Notes under the pieces: generated by a model
Databases searched by the model: none
Told to the model about the DNA's origin: nothing
What the model saw: the letters and a program-made list of their open reading frames with translations, nothing else
Shown here: positions 40,695 to 53,780 of the stretch, one piece after another
Layout of the letters: the number at the start of each line of letters is the position of its first letter
Numbering within the stretch: position 1 is the first letter of the stretch
Source: Eledone cirrhosa
Lineage: Eukaryota
Length of the DNA: 64,000 bases
Assembly (NCBI GenBank): GCA_964016885.1
Contig: OZ024741.1
Coordinates: forward strand, 174,592,001-174,656,000
Direction of reading: 5' to 3'
Program-made: the position numbers and the translations under genes

Positions 40695-41369
40695 GCCCCA
40701 GGTCAAGCCTGTCTGAGCAGACCTATGATCAAAAACATTCCAACTGTATCTAGTTTTTTTTTTAGTTTTTTGTTGTTATAAGAAGTATATAGATAGATGT
40801 TATTTCTACATGTAGTAAGGGTTGAGGGCAAACATGACATCTGCCCATAAAACATTGTCTCTGAAGGATACCATGATGAGTATGAATCCTTAATACGTTT
40901 CTGGTGTTGTTGTATATAGGACTACATTATCTTTTAAGATGTTAGGGTGTGGTTTGAGGGAGATTTGACTGCTATTTCTAGCAGATCGAGTAACCACATA
41001 GTGGCATTGTCTATTAAAATAGACACCATTGTCAAATTTCTGGCCTTATGTATTTGCTAGAAATAAAAAAAATTGTTCAATTTGACCCATGTAAAGAAAG
41101 CTAATAGCCCTTTTTGGCTGTACAAAGCTGCCATATGAACAATGAATTGTGAGCAGAGATTTAGGTCATAACAGCCACTTTTGACTACACAAGGCTTGTA
41201 ATATGAACAAGAAATGGTGAGCAGAAATGTAGGTACTAAGTAAGAGGTTTTCACCCCTGTTTGAATGGAAACCTCAAATATTTTTCTGTGTACCTTTCTT
41301 AAATAATATTTTGCTTTATCAACTGTAAGTTTTCTCCATAGTCTCCTTCAGTCTGGATCAGCATGTCAC

Positions 41370-41660
41370 CCTGTAAAGTGTTAGTGCTGGTGCATTGAAA
41401 AATGCACCCTGTACACTCTGTAAAGTATTAGTATTGGTGCCACGATAAAATGCACCCAGTACATCCTGTAAATTATTGGTGTTGGTGCCATGAAAAAAAT
41501 GCGCCATGCACACTGCGTAAAGTTGTAGTGCTGGTGCCATAATTAAATGCACCCAGTACACTCTGTAAAGTGGTAGTGGTAATTAAACACAAAAAAGATG
41601 CACCCAGTACACCTTGTAAGGTGGTTTGCTTTATGATGTACATCCAGCTATTGAAACCAC
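41370..41660 (+). repeat. ~45-bp tandem repeat derived from the RTE/SINE tail motif
   Basis: Units of aaaatgcacccagtacactctgtaaagt...ggtgcca, ending in catccagct; compare aagcacccagcactcactgtaaa in SINE A. Confidence 0.75.
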
Positions 41661-42264
41661 AACATATATGAGAAAGGCAGGTCTATCTAACCCATCTGGT
41701 CCCAGACTGTGACAATTCATCCAACTCATACCAGAATAGAAATGATGATAACGATGATGATGATTCTCTATCTATTATATGGTATTATTTTGTGCATAAA
41801 TATATAAAATGTCTTCTTTACTTATAGTTGTGAAACCACCCCAGTATAGTTGTATGACTTTGTCTTGTTAATCGCTGCACGTTTTCCAATCACCACCCCA
41901 TCCCCAACAGACAATTTTTAACCCGTTTCATGTAGTTCTATGTACGAATGCCAATGTTATGTAATTGGCCTTAGTGGTTAAATAAAGGAAACTATCATTA
42001 TTATTATTATTATTATTATCATTATTATTATTATTACCATCATCATCATCATCATAACTACTAGTAGTATTACTATTACTACTACTACTACCACCACCAT
42101 TACTATTATTGGTGTTATTCTGGTGTTGTTATTCGCTTCTGTTATTTCAATATGAAAATATCAAAGTGTTTTTGTCACACTCTTCTGATCTCCCAATTTA
42201 CTGATCTCTGTTGCATCTGTCAATATTTCAAAAAAAGACCAGCTTCTTTCTCTGTCTCTCTCTC

Positions 42265-42305
<41 letters not shown>

Positions 42306-42334
42306 GAATTTCATATATCTAAAGATATACGGTA

Positions 42335-42365
<31 letters not shown>

Positions 42366-42406
42366 TTCATATATCTAAAGATATACAGTATGTTTATATA
42401 CATATA

Positions 42407-42783
42407 TATCATCTCATTTCTACAGCTGAGTAAACTGGAGCAATGTGAAATAAAGTGTCTTGCTCAAGGAAACAACACATCACCCGGTCTGAGAATTGAA
42501 CTCACAATTCTCAGACCGGGTGATGTGTTGTTTCCTTGAGCAAGACACTTTATTTCACATTGCTCCAGTTTACTCAGCTGTAGAAATGAGATGATAGGGA
42601 CTGGGGTCCCTATCATTCCACTGTAAAGTGTTCGTGGAGGTGCCACAGAAAAAAAGCACCCAGCACTCACTGTAAATGAGGTTGGTGTTAGGAAGGGCAT
42701 CCAGCTGTAGAAATCAAGCCAGAATCAGTTTCTGTCCCACCCTTGCAAGCAGGGAAAAGTGGACGTAAAATGATGATGATGAT
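42407..42783 (+). mobile_element. SINE family A with 5' fold-back (92-bp perfect inverted duplication)
   Basis: 42407-42498 is the reverse complement of 42505-42596, with loop aactca. Confidence 0.92.
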
Positions 42784-42797
42784 ATATATATATATGA

Positions 42798-42859
<62 letters not shown>

Positions 42860-42870
42860 ATATATATATA

Positions 42871-42903
<33 letters not shown>

Positions 42904-44819
42904 GTGTATATATATATATATATATGTGTGTATGTATATATATATATATGTATATATATATGTATATATATATATATGTGTATATATATAATATTTATAT
43001 ATGTATATATATGTATATATATATGTATATATATATATATATATGTGTACATATATATACACATATATATGTATATATGTGTTTGTATATGTGTGCGTGT
43101 GTGGTATATTTGTTATAATTTTATTATTGCTGCTATCTTTGTGATGATGCCAGCAAGTTGTGCAAATTGAAAAGTTTGTAAATCAAATTCACCATGTTTG
43201 GAGTCTGGAAGGAAGTACATACATTTAATTGTGTTTTTATGTCATTGTTGTATTTTTTTTTTCTCTTCTAAAAACAGTTCATGCTACATGTGTAACTCTA
43301 AGTCAACCCAAATCAAATAGACTTATGATCAAAAGTATTCCGGCTGTAACCATCTTGTCGTCTAGTTTTTAACGCTACTTAGTAATACATTATCTAATGT
43401 TGTCCTTTCATTATTTAAGGGAGTTCTGGCTGCTATTTCTAATAGCTGAAGCAGATGCATGGAGGGTCTCTTGTGGACGTCATTTTTAAGCAATTGTTGG
43501 TTAGACACATTAGATAATGGAGCTCAATAAATACTAGATATAATGGCTTGCTATTACCTAACAAATCCTCCTGTAGTTTTCTCACTTAAAAGTGGACATC
43601 AGTGGTTTCTCCTTTTATCATAAACCCAAACTGTATCTCATCTAAGTTAATTATTCTTTATAATTAGCTATACTAAATCTTCAGGAAATGTTGTGCTTTT
43701 TAATGTGATTCATGCATTATTACTTTTTCATATATAACCAGCAACTCTGAAAATTAGCCAAGGCAGAGAGAGCCTTCCATTAGGTTTTTTATTGTGTTTC
43801 TGTATCTATGCTGCACCAAAATATGGAATGATTAATGGTCTTCCAGCTCTCCCAAACATGGATGCATCCCCCACCCACATATGGTAAGCTTCCTCACATT
43901 CTACCTACCAAATCCATCCATTCAACTGGTCAGTTGAAGGCAACTCTTTTTTTTTTTTTTCACACCGTTTAGTCTGAGAGGAAAACCCAATACCCATAAC
44001 CCTTTTTTAGGATCTCTGAGACTGCTAGAATAAAGGGAGAAAGGTATCCTCGAATCAGAGACCTGCCCAAATGCTTGCAACAGAATGAACTCTACTAAAG
44101 CTTCCAAGAATCAGATAGATGTTAAATTGGGTGACAGATTAATTTTACCACTTACTTGCAGTGCAACACAGTGGGATCCAACCAGAAACCATGTGGCTGC
44201 AAAGCAAACTCTTTAACTACACAGCTATGCCTACTTTGTCCTTGGATAATTGGAGAGTCTAGTTGTGATTAAAGGGGAGACAGGCCAAGTGTACTCAATC
44301 AGAATGTGTTATTAAATATAAATGTATGAATCAATCCTGGACTAAAGGTATGTCTATATATATAGATATATATCTTCTGAAGATAACCAGTCAATATATC
44401 GATGAAAATATAATGTTGACGAAATTACTTCTATCCAATCAATGTATAATTTCTATATATTTTTAAAACATATATAGTCTGTGTGTGTGTTTATAGTTTT
44501 TATGTGGAAAAACATTAAATATTTATGACACACAAAGAAATGTGAATGTCTGGTTCAGAAACATTTTGAGTTCATAGAGCACAATTATAATAGAGGTGCA
44601 CTATCATTTCATTTCTGACACCTCATTTAATCTAGATACAATTATGAGTGGACACTTAAATTTCCCACAATCCACAAGACTAGTTTAGGGGGTAGCCACT
44701 AAACTAAGGACGTTTATCATTTGCAATTATCTCAATATCAAAGTGTCAAAGGCTGTTAGAGCTCTAGAGATTTGAGTAAATTTGTGGTCTATTTGGCTTA
44801 CATTTATTCTTAGTTAGTG

Positions 44820-45150
44820 AAGGTACATACATGGCTTAGAGGTTTGACTTAAAATCATAAAGTGATAAGTTCCATTCCCAGCTGTGCATTGTGTCCTTTA
44901 GCAAAACACTTTTTTCCATATTGCTCCAGTCCATTTAGCTGGGGGAAAAATTAGTTGTACCTAGAATTCAAAGAGCTAGATATGTCACACTCACTGCTGT
45001 GCAGAATCTCCCTGAGAATTACATTGAGAGTACATGTGTCTATGGAATACTCACCTGTTTGCACATTAATTTCACAAGCAGGTTGTTTTGTTCATAAAAC
45101 AACTAGAGCACTCATCATCAGAACCAAAAGAAGTCTAACAACAACAGCAT
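44820..45150 (+). mobile_element. Old tRNA-derived SINE (family E, host of the MITE)
   Basis: Decayed head catggcttagaggtt...gtgtcctttagcaaaacac, body cctgagaattacattgagagtacatgtgtctatggaatac and an (AAC)n tail; body also seen at 15790, 30280, 39730, 57500 and 57930. Confidence 0.6.
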
Positions 45151-45512
45151 CTTTAGTTATGGCAAAACAGTTTCTCTGCACAACTCTGGAACTAAGGATT
45201 CCAGAAAATCAGTCATGAATGTGTAATGTTATCTTTCCAACACACCTGTCATCTGATCCAGCAGCTAAAACATGTAGGATGTTTGTTTTGTTTTGTTTTT
45301 TGTTTTTTTCTTAATTGAAACATAAATTATTTAAAATTTATAATGAAAGTTCATAGTGTTAGAAAGCTGCTTGAATGATTAAGTTTTAATGGATCTCAAA
45401 TTCACAGAAGTGATCATCGATGTATCCTGGTCTCACACAAGCATTAAGCTGGTGTCTAGTACTTTCCAATATGACCAGTGTTAGACTATCTTGCATGCTA
45501 AGCAAGGACAAC

Positions 45513-45580
<68 letters not shown>

Positions 45581-46236
45581 TCTCTCTCCCATCTCTCTCT
45601 CCCCCCTCATACACGTGCACACAAAATTGCCAATTTGGATTATTTTCAAAATCAGGTTGGTTTTGCTCACCTCGTATGTTAAGGGTACTGTACCCCTAAG
45701 CACCATATTATTTGACCTAATGGAATGGTAGCACCACCAATCCTGTCTCTCCACAGAAAACAGATCGAAGAAATATATTTGGATCTTTTCTTTAAGAGAA
45801 AAAAAATAAAATAACAAGAGACATATTTGATGTGGCTTGCCATTATCTGTGTGAAAACTAATACATAATCCTCTTGGAAGTAGTAATTTTTTTTCAAAAT
45901 ATGTAGTCAAAGTATTGACTATATATCAATATATCTTTACCTTTCGTTGTGTTCTGCAAGCTCTCTGCAGCATATAAATTGGTGTATAATTTAATTCCTT
46001 TGAAAGAAACAAATGAACGCTATAAGTATTTTTTTTCTGTTCCTTTCTTTTTTCTTCTTCCTTGCTGCTGCTAACATGGGTTGGTTTTGTCAAGCAGTAA
46101 TAGAAAATTCAATTACTTTACTTTAACAGAGCAACATGCTTCTCTATGTTAGAAGACATTTCAATCATTTTTTTTTTCTTTTACTCTGTAATAGTGGACA
46201 ATACAGTTTTGGAATTGTTTAGCTTCATTACTGAAC

Positions 46237-46640
46237 ATTGTACTACACCAATCAAATATTGTACTGTACCAATCAAATACTGTAGTGTACCAATCAAATA
46301 TTGTACTATACCAACTAAATATTGTACTACACCAATCAAGTATTGTACTGTACCAACCAAATACTGTACCAATCAAATACTGTAGTGTACTGATCAAATA
46401 TTATACTTTACCAATCAAATATTGTACTGTACCAACTAAATATTGTACTAAACCAATCAAATATTGTACTGTACCAACCAAATACTGTACCAATCAAATA
46501 CTGTACCAATCAAATACTGTAGTGTACCGATCAAATATTGTACTAAACCAATCAAATATTGTACTGTACCAACCAAATACTATACTGTACCAACCAAATA
46601 CTATACTGTACCAATCAAATATTGTAGTATACCAATCAAA
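46237..46640. repeat. 21-bp minisatellite
   Basis: Consensus ccaatcaaatattgtactgta, with some 16-bp variants. Confidence 0.93.
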
Positions 46641-48449
46641 CACACACACAATGGCTTTATAGTAGGCTTAATATGTTGCTTCGTTTAAAACCACCACCTA
46701 GCCCTTGGTTGCCCATTAATGGTGCTTACTCTGGTTAGCCCCCCTCCCCCCTCTCCTGGTATGAGGATAAATTCTTTTCTCCCTAAACCAGTTTCTGAGA
46801 ACCTGAAAAGGGTTATGGCCACTACCCTTTCCTTCTAAACAGTCAAATAAAGAAGAAATAATCAAATATCATTTCTCATAGGCAGGGAAAACAGTTTTAT
46901 ATTTTAGGTCCCCAGAAGCAATTGGCAATACATGTTCAATTTTAAAACAAGCCATAAGAAATAGCAACTTGTTTTGTTGTTTTTATTTTTATTTATTTAT
47001 TTTTCTAGCTTATTTTATTATTGTTGTTTTGTTTTGTTTTGTTTTCTATTTAATTTAATTTTTTTTTTTTTTTTTCCCCGATAAATATTTGCAATTACTA
47101 CACCCAGAGCATATTTAAAAGCAGTCTTTAGTTGTTCAGTGGTTGGTATAGGGTTACTGTTAAAAACAGAACATTGTTAGTTCCAACAGCTATTTGTGTT
47201 GGCTCACAATCTTAAAACTTTTTCTTACCAAATTAACATAATAATGCCATAGTTGTTTCCCAACAATTTTTGATATTTTTCCTTCATTGTACTTTGGAGG
47301 GGGTGTGGTTGGGTGGATAAATTTTATTTGTAATGTTTATTGCTAAATTATATGTATATCTACTTAGAGATTACATATTTTGTGTATATATAGGGCGTTG
47401 GTATGATGTTTTGCAGTTACTGACATACACACACATACACACTCACATACACACATAAATATATGACAGGCTTCCTTCAGTTTCTGTCTACCAAATTCAC
47501 TCACATTGCATTGGTCAGCCTAGAGTTATAATAGAAGACACTTGCTCAAGGTGCCACACTATGGCACTGAACCTGAAAGTATGTGGTTGCAAAGCAAACT
47601 CCTTACTCATACAGCCATGCTTTCACCTCAACACACTCACACACATATGATCATTAGGTGAGGAAGTGCCAAGAAATCCCAGTGGGAAGAAGTTGTAATA
47701 GAAGGGATCAAAGACTTGGGCAGTGGTTATGAGAGCTGATCTCAAATCACTGAAACTCTCAGAGGAGATGACAAAGGACCACATTGTGTGGAAAGATGCT
47801 CTGCTTGAAAAGGCATGTCCAACTCATGCAAACATCGAAAATCAACCGTTAAGCTGAAGTTTTGAACCTAACTTCCATAACTATATTTCTAATGAAATTT
47901 CAAATAATTTTTAAAATCATCAAAACTGGGTGAATTAATATAACTATCATTCTCATTATTAAATTGGTGTTTAGGTGAGTGTATGGGCAGAATTGTTTGA
48001 ATGTCAGAAGAAATGCTTTTAGGTATTTCTTCCAACGCTTTAAGCTCTGAGTTCAAATTCCACTGAGGTCAACTTTGACTTTCATCTTTCCATGGTCATT
48101 AAAATAAAGTACCATTTAAGTACTGGGGTTGATATAATTAACATTCCCCTTCTGCCAAATTGCTGACCTTGTACCAAAATTAAAACCCATTATTAAGTTA
48201 GTGTTTTAAGATGGTGGATTGATAAAATTAGTAGAACATCAAAGAAAATGCTATTGCAGTATCTGTTCTGGCTCCTTACATTGAGCTGATAAAAAATAAA
48301 GTACCAGTGAAGTACTGTAGCCAATTTAACAAACTCCCTCACCCCAATTACTGGTCTTGTTCCAAAATTAGAAACACTTATTTAGTTGGTGTTTACAACA
48401 TAACTTTAAAAAAGGACGTTGCTCAAAAAGTACAATAGGAACACTTTAA

Positions 48450-48651
48450 CCCTTTAGCATTTAAACCAGCCATATCCGGCCAAAATTCAATCACCTCTTT
48501 CTGTTCAAGCCAGCTCTAGCCGGCCACTCATACTGATGTTACGGTATTGTTCTCAAAATAAATAATATCAAAATCTCATAGATTTAATATTATGTGAGAT
48601 AATTATGTCAGATAAAGCCGTTACCATGAAAATATAGTAGTAAATAAAGGG
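48450..48651 (+). mobile_element. piggyBac-like MITE copy, 3' end damaged
   Basis: TTAA-CCCTTTAGCATTTAAACC start and internal identity to 10789-11009. Confidence 0.8.
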
Positions 48652-48689
48652 TTGTTTCAGATGGTTATTTATTTTCCAACTTTAGGTTA

Positions 48690-48739
<50 letters not shown>

Positions 48740-50168
48740 TTATCATCTCCTCCTCCTTCTCTTTTTCCATACTGCCATGGGTTGGATGGATGGGTTGTTA
48801 CTGACCAAGTCAGTACTTAATCAGAGCTACTGTGCTCCTTGACAGATCAGGTGACCACGTCTCACTTAAGTATGTTCGATTTTGGTATAGTTTTTATGGC
48901 TGGATGCCCATCTTAATGCTAACTTCTTAAACAACTTAATTGTTTAAAATAAACAAGAAAGATATCATCTTTTTTACTCTGAATTCAGCATCATAATCTG
49001 CCTGCCTTATATAATAATTAGATTTATTTGACATGGAATTTCGGGTAAAAGAAAGAGACCCATCTCAGACACTCTAGAATATGATAGTTTGATTAAATTT
49101 TTTATTTTAAATATATGTTAGCTCAAAAGGTTATATGTATGTATGTATGTGTGTGTGTGTGTGTGGATGTATGTATGGATGCAAATTACATTCTTTTTCG
49201 TCTAACTTTATTTGATGTTTGAGCTAATTATGAATTATATACGAACTAATTAGCTGTAAAGTAGAGATTTTATTGTGAATTGATGCTTAATATGTTTTAA
49301 TTCATGTTTCAGTATGTAATTGTGTGTCCTTATATCTTTCTATGCATGCGTGTGTGTGTGTATGTGTATGTATGTATATATATATATATATGTGTGTGTG
49401 TATATATATATGTGTATGTGTGTGTATATATATATATGATGTATGTATGTGTGTGTATATATATATGATGTGTGTATGTATGTATGTGTGTGTATATATA
49501 TATGATGTGTGTATAAATGTATGTGTATATATATAAATATATGTATATATGTATGTATGTGTGTGTGTATATATATATATGTATATATGTATGTATGTAT
49601 TATATGTATATATATATATATATGTGTATGTATGTATGTGTGTATATATTTATATATATGTATATATGTATATATATATATGTATGTATGTCTATGTTAT
49701 GCATGCATATATATATCTGTGTGTGTGTGTGTGTGTATGTGAGAGAGAGAGTGTGTTTCTATGTGTATGTGTATATATGTATGCATGTATATATGTATGT
49801 GCATGTATATGTGTGTTTACATTGCCAGCAGTCTGATACTTGAAATCAAAATGAATTAGTGAAGGTGTTTTCGAATTCTGCTACTAATGAACCAATGAAT
49901 TACACTCTAGTTTTGTTATTTTTTAAACACTAGTTTAACATTTTTTTTTACATATTTTTTTCATTATTTATACCTTTATTTATTTATTTTTAATTTCATC
50001 ATCAATAGTTTTTACTGTTAGTGTTTATTAGAAGTTGTTTTCGATTAGATTAAGCTTTTGAAGATTGTATATTAGAGGGTTAATGAGACAGAGTTAGTGA
50101 TTAAGACAAGTGTTTTAAATAATATATAACTCATACAAACTTTCTGTTGTTGCTCAAAACATATTCCA

Positions 50169-50227
<59 letters not shown>

Positions 50228-50301
50228 TCTATCTATCTATCTATCTTGAACACAACATAGTTAAGTAGAATAAATAGTAGAGGGCAGGGTAGACAATGGA
50301 G

Positions 50302-50466
50302 CAGTCATGGGCAAACTGCGGCCTATGAGCCACATGTGGCCTGTTTGGCTTTCTGAATGGTATGCGTAATTTCAAAATTGCCTTGAATTTTTAGTAGTGC
50401 AGCACGTCTTATGTTGAACCACATGCTATGCAGCTCAGTGCTCAAACAAAATTGTCGATTGTTTGC
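50302..50466 (+). mobile_element. Decayed hAT-like MITE
   Basis: cagtcatgggcaaactgcggcc...gccacatgtggcc resembles hAT/Charlie non-autonomous termini; the right end is degenerate. Confidence 0.45.
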
Positions 50467-51489
50467 AGTAGAAAATAGAGTAGATTATAAATGTTAAAAT
50501 CATATCAGTAGTAATAGGAGACTTGGGAACAGTAATCCATGAATTTGATCATTGGATAAAGGCAATAGAAATTGAGTGTTCTTTAGCATTACTCCAGAAG
50601 ACTTGCCTTTTGGTAACACCATGAATTATCAAGAAAGTTATAAACAGTTGATTTAGTGATACCTAAGGCCACTGGTTGTGGTCCACTATCACATAGTATC
50701 CAAATTTTCAATACCTTATCTGAAAACACATAACTATAATAATGATAATGATAATGATGTGAAGGATTATGATGATATTGATGATGATGAGGTGGAGAAA
50801 TGTCTTTTCTAACAAGTGACAATATATATCTCTCTCAAACACAAGTGTTTTTAAAGCCATTTTCTCTACTAAAACAGAGATTAGCCTTACAGGTCACATG
50901 ATAGGCTTCAGACTCATCATGGGGTTGTTACTAGTGAATGTTTTACAATCAGATGCCCAAAGCAAAACACTGCACATTCCCAAGGCTCACAGAGCTGTAC
51001 TCAGTAATGCAATGACAACACACAGTGGAAATAATAATTGTTTCTACTTCTGACACAAGACCATCAATTTGAAGGGAAGGGAAAGTCGATTAAAGTTACT
51101 CCAGCACTTTATTTTATCAACTCCAAAAGGATGAGCAGGCTTTGAATTCAGAAGGTAAAGAGTTGTAACAAATACCACAAAATATTTGTCAAATACTCTA
51201 ACAATTTTGCTAATATACGGAATAATAATAATAATCAGAAAATTATTTGAGAATGATCCCCTGTTTACTATCTCTGCAAAAAGTGGAAAAAATTGTTTTA
51301 ATTAGTATAGCACCCGTATGAGAAGAGCACTATTGCTGTGAAAATGATAATCCTCTCTCTATATTTATTTACTTTACTTTATTTGGTTATACTCCATAAT
51401 TATGTAAGTTGTAAATAATCGAGCACTCTTATATGATTGATTATCATTCTGTTGTAAATATGATTTTAAAGAGATTGTGCACATGTACA

Positions 51490-51812
51490 AAGCAAATGAT
51501 TTACTTGTAACTGTGTGAAGTGCGTGACGTGAACAATCTGGTGTGTTTATTTTTGTGGCTTATCAATGAATGCAGTGAGTTTCTCTGCCTTAGGTATTGG
51601 GAAGACACTCAACAAGAAATGGAAACAAAACTGAAGAAAAAGGAAAAACAGAAATAAAGCAAATGATTTACTTGCAACTGTGCAAAGTACATGACGTGAA
51701 CAATCTGGTGTGTTTATTTGTGTGGCTTATCAATGTACACAGTGAGTTTCTCTGCTCTAGGTGCCGAGTAGATACTCAGTAATAAATGGAAACAAAACTG
51801 AAGGAAGAGGAA
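51490..51812. repeat. Direct duplication, ~166-bp unit
   Basis: aagcaaatgatttacttg...gacgtgaacaatctggtgtgtttattt...aaatggaaacaaaactgaag occurs twice. Confidence 0.85.
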
Positions 51813-52081
51813 AATCACAAATAAAAATAGGAAATAAATAAACAAAAACTGGTGCTTATTTATTGATATTTGTACTGGGCCCCATCAGTAGGTTTTCCAG
51901 GTTATTATATGGGCACAAGTATGGCTATGTGGTTAAGAAGTTCACTTCACAACCATGTGGCCTTGAGTCCTATCCCACTGCATAGTATCTTGGACAAGGG
52001 TCTTCTACTATACCCTACTGGCCAATGATTTGTGAGTGAATTTAGTAGATGGAAACTGTACAATGCTAATCATATATATAT

Positions 52082-53710
52082 ATCATCATCATCATCATCA
52101 TCATCATCGTTCAACGTCCATGTTCCACGCTTGCATGGGTTTGGACGGGAGTTTTCCCACTTGAGGCAAGAGTGGTTGTCATTGCTCGCATAGGACTGTC
52201 TGGCGGGTTTTCTACAGCTGGATGCCCTTCCTAACACCAACCACATTTACAGTGTGGGGCTGGGAGGTTTTTACCGTGTTGCCTACACGGCCACATTACA
52301 GCGTGGACTGTGTGTTTTTTTGTCGTGACACCTACACGATCTCATTTGTTTCGGCCTGGATGTTGTGGCACCAACATAACTTTACATTGAAAGGGGCGGT
52401 GTAGATGGGGTGGGGGAGGTGGGACGGGGTGTATTTTGTTAGAGATGCCTACTGACTGTAGTAGCTTTTACTTTGTCTTTAGGTAAGGTGGGTCTTCTCT
52501 ATTACTGAGTACCGCCAAAGGTCTCGGTCCAGTGACATTGTCTTGGAGAGGTGTAAGTGTGTGAGGTCGGAATTTATCAGCTCGTCCCAGGTTTTTCTGG
52601 GTCTGCCTACTCCGTGGCTACCGTCTATCTTTATTGCCCTGCACTTTGTTATACAGCTGTCGTCTTTCATGCGCATCACGTGACCATACCAACGTAGCCT
52701 TCTCTCGAGTAAACAACATCTCATCCCTCTTATTTCTAATTTTTTCCTTAGTTCGTTTATGCTTTGCCGTTCACGTATATTACTATTACACATCCAGCGG
52801 AGCATGCAAGCTTCGTTCCTCTCTAGTCTGCGTATATCCTCTGCACACAATGCCCAGGTCTCACTGCCATGCAACATTGCTGTTCGTATGCAGGCATCAT
52901 ACAACCTGCCTTTCATTTTTAGGGAGAACCCTTTAGCGGCTAATAGTGGTATAAGCTCTCTGAACTTTTTCCAACCAGTTCTGACTCTAGCTACTGTACT
53001 TTCAGAGCACCCTCCCCCACTGCTAATTTTGTCACCCAGGTAACGGAAGCTGTCCACTATTTCTATAGAACCCTCTGCGCAATTGAAAGAGCTAGTATTT
53101 TGTGGGCACTTGCTGCTACTTATTGCACCAGAGCACCGGCCACATGTAAAATCTATGTTCTTAGTTAGCTTACCTGTGATCCCACTACATCTTTTATGCA
53201 CCCATACTTTGCATTTGGGACATAAAATGGAGTTTCTACCTACGCCTTTCCTACACACTGAGCATGGCCACTTCCCGGAAGGGGCCGCCGCCTTATTTTC
53301 TTTCTTACAAACTAGACCTTTAGTCTTAGCCAGGTTAATTTTAAGGCCTTTTGATTCTAGGCCGTGATTCCATGTTTGGAATTTCTTCTCTAGCTCGGCC
53401 ATTGATTCAGCAATGAGCGTTAGATCATCTGCGTATAGGAGTTCCCATGGGCAGCCGGTCTTGAATTCCACTGTTATAGCCTGAAGGGCAATAATAAATA
53501 GTAGGGGGCTAAGAACAGAGCCCTGATGGACACCAACTTTTACGCTAAACTCTTCACTATATTCGTTGTTAATTCTAACCTTGCTGACTGTTTCTTTATA
53601 CATGGCTTGTATAACTCTCACAAGCCATTCATCAACACCTAGTTTTCTGAGAGCCCACCAGATAATGGAACGGGGGACTCTGTCGAAGGCTTTCTCCAAG
53701 TCGACAAAAG

Positions 53711-53714
<4 letters not shown>
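52082..53714 (-). mobile_element. RTE-clade LINE, 5'-truncated, young
   Basis: Uninterrupted RT-to-C-terminus frame, ~400-nt 3' UTR and (GAT)n tail; truncated at a (TA)n tract. Confidence 0.96.
52479..53714 (-). pseudogene. Partial RTE reverse transcriptase ORF with PHD-like finger (no native start)
   Basis: AFVDLEKAFDRVPR, GVHQGSVLSPLLF, LLYADDL, KINLAKTK, CSVC..CPKC..H..C..CGRC, FRYLG and RRLRWYGH. Confidence 0.93.

Positions 53715-53780
<66 letters not shown>

Noticed and set aside
44374-44432. CTGAAGA...gtcaatat/atgttgac-GAAA
   Set aside because: Six extra nucleotides before stem II and no closing stem I or stem III.
46237-46640. Regular short repeats superficially like a CRISPR array
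   Set aside because: Contiguous 21-bp units with no unique spacers, no cas genes and a eukaryotic context.
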